Shown here: positions 9,619 to 15,997 of the stretch, one piece after another
How the letters are laid out: every line of letters begins with the position of its first letter
Numbering within the stretch: the stretch's first letter is position 1
Source of the DNA: a virus
Taxonomy: Duplodnaviria; Caudoviricetes
Reading direction: 5' to 3' (one strand)
Virus record (IMG/VR): IMGVR_UViG_3300044825_000404
Location: 1 to 52,032 of that record
DNA length: 52,032 bases
Program-made: the position numbers and the translations under genes
Notes under the pieces: model-generated
Databases searched by the model: none
Told to the model about the DNA's origin: nothing
What the model saw: only the letters and a program-made list of their open reading frames with translations

Positions 9619-9840
9619 TCATTGTGTTTTCCGCCTGTTTGCCCACCTGTCATCCAACTCAGCAATGAAGCCGCACATAGCCTCCTTGCTGATGTTCAGA
9701 TCCGTGCAGGTTCGGTGGTAGAAGACGGATGCGATCAGGAACTTCGTCTGCCATTCGTCGTCCTTGTACTGTTTCATGAGTTCAAGGACTCGACCGACGA
9801 CAGGGAACAGTCTCTCCTCCATGTCGCGGTCGAAGTTCAT
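9619..9840 (-). CDS. Hypothetical protein
   Basis: 73 aa; ATGA-coupled to the upstream gene; GGAGG RBS. Confidence 0.65.
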   Translation of the reverse strand: MNFDRDMEERLFPVVGRVLELMKQYKDDEWQTKFLIASVFYHRTCTDLNISKEAMCGFIAELDDRWANRRKTQ

Positions 9841-10268
9841 GACTGGGCCTCCACTGAACGGCGTAGTCCGTTGCGCTTCATCAAGATCCGCGCCTCGGTC
9901 TGGTCGGGCATCCGCTTGGCCTCTTGCGGGGTGTTGCGGCTGAGTTTCAGCGCCCGAGTCAGTTTCCGGTCCGCGGCCTCCATGTACAGATCGATCTGGG
10001 AGGCGTTCTCGCTCGGCAGCAGAATGCGGTAGCCCGTAGAGGTACCCGTGAGGTACTTGCCCTGTCCTAGCAGCATATTGCGGACATAGTCCGTTGCGGC
10101 CAACTCGATCAGGGACAGACGGTCATAGACGGCCTTGGGCGCTGACTCCGGCATCTCGATCTCAAGCAACTCGTGGACGAGTTTGGTCGGGATGATGGAG
10201 CCGTACTCAAGCATTCCCATCTTCTGCAGGGTGGAGTAGAACTCCTTGTGGGCTTCGCGGTTAGACAT
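9837..10268 (-). CDS. Accessory protein coupled to the RAMP-like gene
   Basis: 143 aa; start overlaps the stop of 10261..10860; GAGGTG RBS. Confidence 0.75.
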   Translation of the reverse strand: MSNREAHKEFYSTLQKMGMLEYGSIIPTKLVHELLEIEMPESAPKAVYDRLSLIELAATDYVRNMLLGQGKYLTGTSTGYRILLPSENASQIDLYMEAADRKLTRALKLSRNTPQEAKRMPDQTEARILMKRNGLRRSVEAQS

Positions 10269-10860
10269 GGCGCACCTCTGCCATAGCGCGACCGAACTTC
10301 GGGCGGAAGTCTCCGTAGCCGCAATACTTGGCGTGGAAGTCCACGATGCGCGTGATGCCGTCAGGGTCGATGATCTTGTCGTCGAACTCGATTTCGGTCT
10401 TAAACGACCACTGGTGAAAAATCGGGAACGCCTTGGCCAGACGCTTCTGCCCTTGAGGCAGATTCAGCATGATCCGGAAGGTTGGGTTCTTGACGATGTC
10501 CGTGACCGCTTTGACCTTGTCCATATCGCGGAAGGTCAACGGAATCTTCTCCTGCGTTACGAACAATGCGCCCCGGATGTCGGCCTTGCTCGTCTTCGCT
10601 ACGCGAAACGCTGTTGCGGCAATGGCCTCTGACAGCCAAGATGAGGGGACGTACACGCCTACTTTCTCATCGAAGTAAGACTTGCTCTCCATCTCCAGAT
10701 CGCGGTACTCAAGAAAGTCGTCGTCAGTGCGCTTGGTTTTCTTGTCGCTGATGGCCGACATCCTCTTGGCGAATCGGTTGAACCGATCCACTGTTTGAGG
10801 GTTGTTCATCAGCAGGGGGCTGACACCAGTGATGGTGATCTCTGCGTTTCTCATCGCCAT
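10261..10860 (-). CDS. Stand-alone Cas7/RAMP-like RNA-binding protein (putative guide-RNA effector)
   Basis: N-terminal strand ITITGVSPLLM, central VYVPSSWL, PIFHQWSF strand and C-terminal G-loop GYGDFRPKFGR match the RAMP/Cas7 motif order. Lies directly downstream of the pentamer array. Confidence 0.75.
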   Translation of the reverse strand: MAMRNAEITITGVSPLLMNNPQTVDRFNRFAKRMSAISDKKTKRTDDDFLEYRDLEMESKSYFDEKVGVYVPSSWLSEAIAATAFRVAKTSKADIRGALFVTQEKIPLTFRDMDKVKAVTDIVKNPTFRIMLNLPQGQKRLAKAFPIFHQWSFKTEIEFDDKIIDPDGITRIVDFHAKYCGYGDFRPKFGRAMAEVRHV

Positions 10861-10882
10861 GATTTTTCTCCGGTTGGTTTAA

Positions 10883-10904
10883 TAAAAGCGCCGAGGTTCC
10901 CGGC
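10883..10904 (-). terminator. Hairpin with U-rich tail between the array and the RAMP-like gene (possible attenuator or processing site)
   Basis: GCCGGG-AAC-CTCGGC followed by GCTTTTAT on the minus strand. Confidence 0.35.
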
Positions 10905-10909
10905 TCAGT

Positions 10910-11455
10910 AGGTCTAAGCGACCTGGGAAGCACACCAAGATGTGTTGCCCGCGTTGCTTAACGATGCTGATCTTTCCGATGCTATGCGCTTCTATTCGCT
11001 TCCTAGCATTGGGTCTAAACGACCCGGAATGCCCCCGTAAGAGGCAGTCCGCGTTGCTTATCGCTTCAGTGCCATGCTCATCTCTTCTATGCTGTTTATT
11101 GCTCTTCGGTTCTCTTCAGTCGGGCCAAACGACCCGGCTAGTCCCCAGAAGAGACTGGCCGCGTTGCTTATCGTGACTTTTCATTACGGTGCACAGCACA
11201 TCAAACCAATGCGAAACGATGCTTTGCCTTTGGGCCTAAGCGACCCGGCTTGCACCCAGTGGACACAAGCCGCGTTGCTTGTCGTTGCTCTGTCTTGCAC
11301 AACTGTGCTATCCGTTGCAGTGCTCTTCATTTGAGTCTTGCGACCCGAAAAGCCCACCGTGATGGGCTGTTCGCGTAGCAGAGCCGTTCTCTTCATTGAT
11401 TTGCTATTCACTGCATATCAGTGCATTGCTCTTCACTGGGAGCCGAAGCCCCCGT
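10910..11455 (-). ncRNA. Array of five hairpin-bounded guide-like RNAs built from G(C/A)A-NN pentamers
   Basis: Conserved blocks GCGTTGCTT at 10951, 11051, 11161 and 11272 and GCGTAGCAG at 11373, each preceded by a CGACC(C/T)-containing double hairpin. Between them 62 of 65 plus-strand pentamers have C at position 2 (consensus (G/T)CNN(T/A)). Confidence 0.88.
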
Positions 11456-11458
11456 TGA

Positions 11459-11692
11459 TTACTTAGCCTCCGTGGCTTTGGCGATGGCGGCGCGTGCGTT
11501 CTTGAGACTGATCTTTTCGCTTTCGGTCTCAAGACGAACCTTCCCCTGCTTGTCAGTCCAAGCGCGAAAGAAAAGGCCGTTAATCAGAGCGCCAACACTT
11601 CGCCCTTGGCTTTCTTTTGCTTTGGCGATAAGTTGGTCAATGTTGAACATGACAACGCGCTCAAGTCTTGAGGATGTGTATGCAGTGGTCAT
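11459..11692 (-). CDS. Hypothetical protein
   Basis: 77 aa with AGGAGG RBS; ends just upstream of the first hairpin of the array. Confidence 0.7.
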   Translation of the reverse strand: MTTAYTSSRLERVVMFNIDQLIAKAKESQGRSVGALINGLFFRAWTDKQGKVRLETESEKISLKNARAAIAKATEAK

Positions 11693-11705
11693 CTCGGCCT
11701 CCTAA

Positions 11706-11999
11706 TCAGCGGGTGGTGGTCTTGACGGAGAACACGGCAGTGATGCTCGTGTTGGCGACGATGACATCCTCGGGGATGTTGCAGACCTTGGCGATAGCCT
11801 TCCAATCCGTGACCTTGCGGTTGGACTCAACCACAGTAGCCTTAAACAGGTTGCCTTCGACAACCTTGGCGCCACCGGCAGTGGCTGCATCCTTGATCGC
11901 ATCCTTGATCTTGTCAGCACGAGCCGTCAGTTCAGCGATCTGCGACAGCAGCAGGCCCAGTTCGTCGATCTGGGTCAGGGGGATGTTGTTGGTGTCCAT
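11706..11999 (-). CDS. Conserved hypothetical phage protein (coiled coil plus beta domain)
   Basis: IDELGLLLSQIAELTARADKIKDAIK...VVEGNLFKATV...DWKAIA; first gene after the promoter. Confidence 0.75.
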   Translation of the reverse strand: MDTNNIPLTQIDELGLLLSQIAELTARADKIKDAIKDAATAGGAKVVEGNLFKATVVESNRKVTDWKAIAKVCNIPEDVIVANTSITAVFSVKTTTR

Positions 12000-12047
12000 G
12001 TTCAGTTACCTTTCTTCGTTGCCGCAACACCGTGTTGCGATGGGTGA

Positions 12048-12077
12048 ACTTTAATACAAAGTCAAAACCCGTGTCTA
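12048..12077 (-). promoter_or_regulatory. Sigma70-like promoter probably driving the array/RAMP operon
   Basis: TAGACA-N18-TAAAGT, followed by a 5' hairpin (GCAACAC/GTGTTGC, 12024-12038) and GGTAACTG. Confidence 0.5.
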
Positions 12078-12087
12078 GCGATAAACC

Positions 12088-12381
12088 CTAACTTTTACTC
12101 GGAATTAAAAGCGCCTTCGTATCTTCGAGGAGATCCTGCTCTGTGAAGCCCCAGTGCTTGGGGAAGCCCTTCGTGCCTAGCCCGTGGACTCCCGTTTTGC
12201 CTCTGTGATGCTCGGGACACAGGGGGATGACATCAAAGTGGCTTGCTTTTCTAGCCATGCCGACACCAGTTCTAGGGTGGTGCAGTTCCGCGGGCGTGCC
12301 GGGATAGCCGATCCTCCTGCAGACGGAGCAGCCGAGTTCCGCCACTTTCCCCATGTGCTTACGCTCTGCGATGGTCGTCAC
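12088..12381 (-). CDS. Ref-like (RecA-dependent) HNH nuclease
   Basis: GCSVC...AELHH...GMARKASHFDVIPLCPEHHRG...GVH motifs. GTG start at 12381 overlaps the upstream stop; the ORF track starts it at 12465. Confidence 0.8.
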   Translation of the reverse strand: MTTIAERKHMGKVAELGCSVCRRIGYPGTPAELHHPRTGVGMARKASHFDVIPLCPEHHRGKTGVHGLGTKGFPKHWGFTEQDLLEDTKALLIPSKS

Positions 12382-12716
12382 AGTGCGGCCTTGTCGATCA
12401 TGCGGTTGGACGCCTCCATGGAACGCCAGACATCGATCCTGGCCTGTGCCGCTACCATGAGCCACCGAAGGCGCTCCTCCTCCTCAATGGCGGCCTTGAT
12501 GGCCATGAGATGCTCTTTGTAGTCGGGGTGGCTATACGCCTCGCGCTCCTGCGCGTTGACCGCCTCGAAGCCCGCCACCAGTGCTTCCTTGCACAGTTCA
12601 GCCTTCATGGACTTGCGGAACTCCTCAAGGTAGGTCCGGTTGGCCTTGGCCTGGGCGTACTTCTTCGAGTTGGCGATCATGAAGTCGATCGCGTCGTTCG
12701 GGTCTATCTTGTCCAT
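12378..12716 (-). CDS. Helical conserved phage protein (possibly UvsY-like)
   Basis: YAQAKANRTYLEEFRKS...AQEREAYSHPDY...RIDVWRSMEASNR; all-helical pattern. Confidence 0.6.
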   Translation of the reverse strand: MDKIDPNDAIDFMIANSKKYAQAKANRTYLEEFRKSMKAELCKEALVAGFEAVNAQEREAYSHPDYKEHLMAIKAAIEEEERLRWLMVAAQARIDVWRSMEASNRMIDKAAL

Positions 12717-12767
12717 CAGTTACCTCTCTATCCCACTGTAGTAAAAAAGCAAGGGCGCAGACTGCGC

Positions 12768-12878
12768 TTAGGGCATGAGCAAGATCAACAGCAGCAGCAG
12801 CGCGATGGCCACTGCGAAGATGATCGCCACGCATAGACCCAAAACTTCCAGTCCGTCGTCTTCCCACCGCATGATCAT
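12768..12878 (-). CDS. Small membrane peptide (36 aa)
   Basis: MIMRWEDDGLEVLGLCVAIIFAVAIALLLLLILLMP; starts right after the stop of the remnant at 12879-12914. Confidence 0.45.
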   Translation of the reverse strand: MIMRWEDDGLEVLGLCVAIIFAVAIALLLLLILLMP

Positions 12879-12914
12879 TCAAGAGATGTCCTCGATCCTG
12901 AGAACATACCTCCC
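12879..12914 (-). pseudogene. Orphaned duplicate 3' end of the nuclease gene 13349..13672
   Basis: Reads GRYVLRIEDIS*, versus GKYVMRIVDIS* at the end of 13349..13672; abuts the HNH stop. Confidence 0.8.
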
Positions 12915-13340
12915 CTAAATGTTGGCTTCTTCTTGGAGTCGTTTTTGTCTCCTATAACTGTTGCCGTGCTTCCAGTTTGGGTTGCGCTCATCGTATTGAT
13001 AGGTGCCATGGAACCTCCTGTCATGGACGTTGTTCTTTGGCGTATCCCACCTTAGATTGACCAGTCGGTTGTCGTCCCGAACATTGTTGTTGTGACAGCA
13101 TTGCATTCCTACTGGCTTCGGACCAACGAACGCCTCTAACACCAAGATGTGAACAAAGACTAGCCTTTTTTTAATCTTGACCCTGATGTATCCGTCTGCG
13201 TTCTTCATTGGCTTCAATGGCCTTTCAGAAAAACGCCTTTCTCCATAGAGTTGATGCCAACCTGTGTGTTGCTTCCTTCTGACGAATCCAAGTTCAGATA
13301 CCTCGTAGTTCGTAGCCCAAGGAACATCGGCCCATTTCAT
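12915..13340 (-). CDS. NUMOD4-HNH homing endonuclease
   Basis: YEVSELGFVR (NUMOD4-like) and VHILVLEAFVG...CCHNNNVRDDNRLVNLRWDTPKNN (HNH); visibly AT-richer than its neighbours. Confidence 0.9.
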   Translation of the reverse strand: MKWADVPWATNYEVSELGFVRRKQHTGWHQLYGERRFSERPLKPMKNADGYIRVKIKKRLVFVHILVLEAFVGPKPVGMQCCHNNNVRDDNRLVNLRWDTPKNNVHDRRFHGTYQYDERNPNWKHGNSYRRQKRLQEEANI

Positions 13341-13348
13341 GATTCCTC

Positions 13349-13672
13349 CTAGGAGATGTCAACGATACGCATGACATATTTTCCCTTAGAGTTCTTCCGA
13401 TGTCCATGCACCTCCACCCGAATACCCGCATCCCTGACCGCGGCGATGGTGTCCGACTCCTGGATCTTCTTGATCCGGGTCGAGACGGCAGAGGCCGTGA
13501 CCTGCACCGCCAAAACCTCCCCCTTGCGGATGGCCAGAAGGTCGCACCACCCCCAGAGGTCTTGCCGGATCCGGGCGTAAGGGTTCCAACGCTCCACGAT
13601 GGACACCAGATACCCCTCTTCCCGTAGGTACGCGAGGCTTCGTTGGGTTGGGGAGAGGCTACTCGCCATCAA
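13349..13672 (-). CDS. PD-(D/E)XK-type nuclease, Holliday-junction resolvase/VRR-NUC-like
   Basis: LREEGYLV...DLWGWCDLLAI...LAVQVT pattern. Confidence 0.65.
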   Translation of the reverse strand: MMASSLSPTQRSLAYLREEGYLVSIVERWNPYARIRQDLWGWCDLLAIRKGEVLAVQVTASAVSTRIKKIQESDTIAAVRDAGIRVEVHGHRKNSKGKYVMRIVDIS

Positions 13673-13946
13673 ACTGCCCCGGAATCCGCCTTAAAACGGC
13701 CATAGCGGCGTTTTTTAGCGCGGTTGATACCTCACCCTCATCCTCCTCGCTTGCGAGCCTCAAAACGAGTTCTGCACAAGCGCGGCGTTCGATCTGGACC
13801 GCCTGCTTGGAGGTTTGGATGGCGATGGCCATGATTTCGGCCTTGGCCTGGGCTAGGCGCTCGTCGAACTCCTTCTCGGTGTAGAGGGTCTGACCGGCCC
13901 CGCGGCCGAGCAGGAAGTTCTTCTGAAAGTCGGTCAGGTCTGTCAT
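13659..13946 (-). CDS. Hypothetical protein
   Basis: 95 aa, coupled to both neighbours; ERRACA motif common in phage accessory proteins. Confidence 0.7.
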   Translation of the reverse strand: MTDLTDFQKNFLLGRGAGQTLYTEKEFDERLAQAKAEIMAIAIQTSKQAVQIERRACAELVLRLASEEDEGEVSTALKNAAMAVLRRIPGQFDGE

Positions 13947-14470
13947 GCCTTGCTCCTCTTGGACTTGTGGCGGGTTTCGATGACGAGGGATGACCAGTCG
14001 AAGGTGTAGGACATCATCTCGTCAAAGTCGAATGAGTGATCGAAGCAGCCGCAGAAAGATGTCTGCTCCGCGTCCCAGGCCATCACGTTGGCGTCGTAGA
14101 TGTAGACGGCAGACGGAACCATAAGGCTGCCGGTGACGAAGGAAACCCCCTTCGGGGTGACCCTCCAGATACCGGACCTCTTGGACTTGCTCTCCACCAA
14201 ACCCCAATACTCCAGGCTTGGGTAGGACTTGCTCCTGAGCATCCACCTGGGGGCCTTGGACTGGACGTTGACCCATCCATCCCCGGCTCCGTGAACCATC
14301 ATCCAACGCAGGGCTAAGGCCAAGGGTTTGGTCAGCCGGTACTTGTTGATCCTCCCGACCCGGTCACAGCAGGGGCAGATGGCCGCCTCCCGCTTGATCG
14401 TCTCCTGCCAGTTGCCACGCAACTTTCTCAGCCACGCGCCTTCGTTGTCGAACATCTCAAGTTGACTCAT
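13943..14470 (-). CDS. Hypothetical protein (CPCC motif, possible winged helix)
   Basis: 175 aa; LEYWGLVE...GIWRVTPKG wing-like motif. Confidence 0.7.
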   Translation of the reverse strand: MSQLEMFDNEGAWLRKLRGNWQETIKREAAICPCCDRVGRINKYRLTKPLALALRWMMVHGAGDGWVNVQSKAPRWMLRSKSYPSLEYWGLVESKSKRSGIWRVTPKGVSFVTGSLMVPSAVYIYDANVMAWDAEQTSFCGCFDHSFDFDEMMSYTFDWSSLVIETRHKSKRSKA

Positions 14471-14757
14471 TTCTCAGTTACCTTTCTTTGCTCGTTCATC
14501 CTTCGTTTCAGATCCGCCAAGGCTTCAGTCCCCCGGCGCTTTTCAATGTCCTGCGAAGTCTTCAGCCACCAGTCTCGTGCCGCAATAGAACCACTTTCTG
14601 CCTTGATCTCGTTGAACCTCTTGAGCCAGTGACGGGCTTCGCAGTCCCGCATCTGGTTCCAGATCTCCGGTGGCGGTAAGAGCGTCTCGAATCTGATCCC
14701 CAGTCCAGGCTCCGATGCCTTCGCGGGCTTGGTTGAGGATCTTGCGGGCTTCTTCAC
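14467..14757 (-). CDS. Hypothetical protein (start uncertain, possibly the later MRDCEAR)
   Basis: CEARHWL...IEKRRGTEALADLKRRM; stop coupled to the next gene. Confidence 0.6.
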   Translation of the reverse strand: MKKPARSSTKPAKASEPGLGIRFETLLPPPEIWNQMRDCEARHWLKRFNEIKAESGSIAARDWWLKTSQDIEKRRGTEALADLKRRMNEQRKVTEK

Positions 14758-14764
14758 GGGTCAT
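14543..14764 (-). CDS. Hypothetical protein overlapping 14467..14757
   Basis: MTREEARKILNQAREG...IRDALTATGDL; ATGA-coupled to the upstream stop with GAGGG RBS. Confidence 0.5.
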   Translation of the reverse strand: MTREEARKILNQAREGIGAWTGDQIRDALTATGDLEPDAGLRSPSLAQEVQRDQGRKWFYCGTRLVAEDFAGH

Positions 14765-15144
14765 TCCCTCACCCCCAAGGCTTCCCGCCAAGACGACTTC
14801 TGAAACGGTGTCAGCCGCTCCCCGCGGGCTTCCCGCTCCTTCAGGGCATGAGCCCATCGCTTGGGGTCGTTGAAGGAGAACATCTGCTCCACCTTGCGAA
14901 GGATGGCCAACTTCTCCTCGTCGGAGACCCGGCGTCGCTCCTCAACGGAAATGGTCGGCACAGGAGCGGCCTTCATGTTCTCGGTGATGGATGGCCAGTC
15001 CTTGGCAGGCTTCCAGGCATGGGCGGAACACAGCCTGCCCTTCCCGGCGTCTACGCTCCAACGGTTGGGGCATCCCCTGGCTGCACACATCAGGTCGCCG
15101 TAGGAGTCCTGGACCTCTTCCTTGTCAAACTTTCCGAATCCCAT
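14761..15144 (-). CDS. Hypothetical Cys/His protein next to the replication initiator
   Basis: CAARGCPNRW...LCSAH...DPKRWAHALKERE; GGAGG RBS before ATG 15144. Confidence 0.7.
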   Translation of the reverse strand: MGFGKFDKEEVQDSYGDLMCAARGCPNRWSVDAGKGRLCSAHAWKPAKDWPSITENMKAAPVPTISVEERRRVSDEEKLAILRKVEQMFSFNDPKRWAHALKEREARGERLTPFQKSSWREALGVRE

Positions 15145-15145
15145 C

Positions 15146-15997
15146 TCAACCTCCGTGGTACTTGCCTTCAACGATCTTGGCGAAATTGCTTGGCCGAATG
15201 ATCCATTCGAGATCGGCCTTGAACGGGTTGTCCCGCTTACCCTCCGACCGTCCGGTCAGGAACTTGGACTTGCCGATGTAGCCGAAGAACGACCGCCACC
15301 AGTCCAGGATCGACGCCTCGGTAGCCTCCTTCCCGTCCTTGATCAACTCCTGCGCCACCTCCCGCCACCTGCTCCGCAGTAAGCCTTGACGGATGTCGTT
15401 CCAGACCTCGACGCGGTTGAGGATGGGGAGAGTCTGGTGGTAGAGGTCGATGACGGCTTGGTGGCTGCATTCCGGCAACTTCACCTTCACCACCTCAGGT
15501 TCGGCGTTAGCCGGACGACCAGTTACGTTAGTAACTGGTGAATTTAATAACGCTTTCGCTTTCGCTTCAGGCGGTTGGATAGCAGTGGATTCCTGCTGTA
15601 CATCCGTGGAGAACGGTTGTCCAACGGTTGTTTTTGCACCTAACTCATTGATTTTGTTCAGTGCATCATCATCACCCTCCATCAATGCCTTTGGCGGCAG
15701 AGGATGCTTGGGGTACTTGATCTGGATGCGCTGCCGGAACTTCGGAATGAAGCCGTAACGCTTCCCGGCCACCTCATAAAGGCGGATCAGGTCGGCGTCC
15801 GCAAGCATCTGGAGCAACTTGTCCCCGGACTCTCGGCGGATGTCGGCGCGTCTGGCCAACTTGAAACTGGTGGCCTCGAAGAGACCAACATCGTCGGCAG
15901 ACAGAAGGATGGTGACGTAGAACCACCGGGCTTCAATCGGCAGCGACAGGATCGCTTCCGACTCAAGCATCTCGTCACGGATGAGGCGATTCGGCAT
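15146..15997 (-). CDS. Phage replication initiator / replisome organiser
   Basis: N-terminal MPNRLIRDEML...ADDVG winged-helix pattern and C-terminal SKFLTG...ADLEWIIRPSNFAKIVEGKY; GGAGG RBS before ATG 15997. Confidence 0.8.
   Translation of the reverse strand: MPNRLIRDEMLESEAILSLPIEARWFYVTILLSADDVGLFEATSFKLARRADIRRESGDKLLQMLADADLIRLYEVAGKRYGFIPKFRQRIQIKYPKHPLPPKALMEGDDDALNKINELGAKTTVGQPFSTDVQQESTAIQPPEAKAKALLNSPVTNVTGRPANAEPEVVKVKLPECSHQAVIDLYHQTLPILNRVEVWNDIRQGLLRSRWREVAQELIKDGKEATEASILDWWRSFFGYIGKSKFLTGRSEGKRDNPFKADLEWIIRPSNFAKIVEGKYHGG

Noticed and set aside
10940-11411. ORFs 10940..11176, 11074..11334 and 11184..11411
   Set aside because: Cys/Leu/Ser-rich products of the pentamer periodicity, without RBS, lying across the structured array.
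10951-11437. Simple microsatellite or slippage origin of the pentamers
   Set aside because: Adjacent pentamers differ at positions 3-4, runs are bounded by conserved hairpins, and the variable positions decode to protein motifs.
10910-11455. Canonical CRISPR array
   Set aside because: The repeats are ~50-nt double hairpins of variable sequence, the spacers have a strict 5-nt periodicity that captured DNA would not show, and no cas1/cas2 is present.
12879-13384. Group I intron containing the HNH gene
   Set aside because: There is no room for a ribozyme core: the HNH ORF fills the interval and the upstream gene has its own stop.
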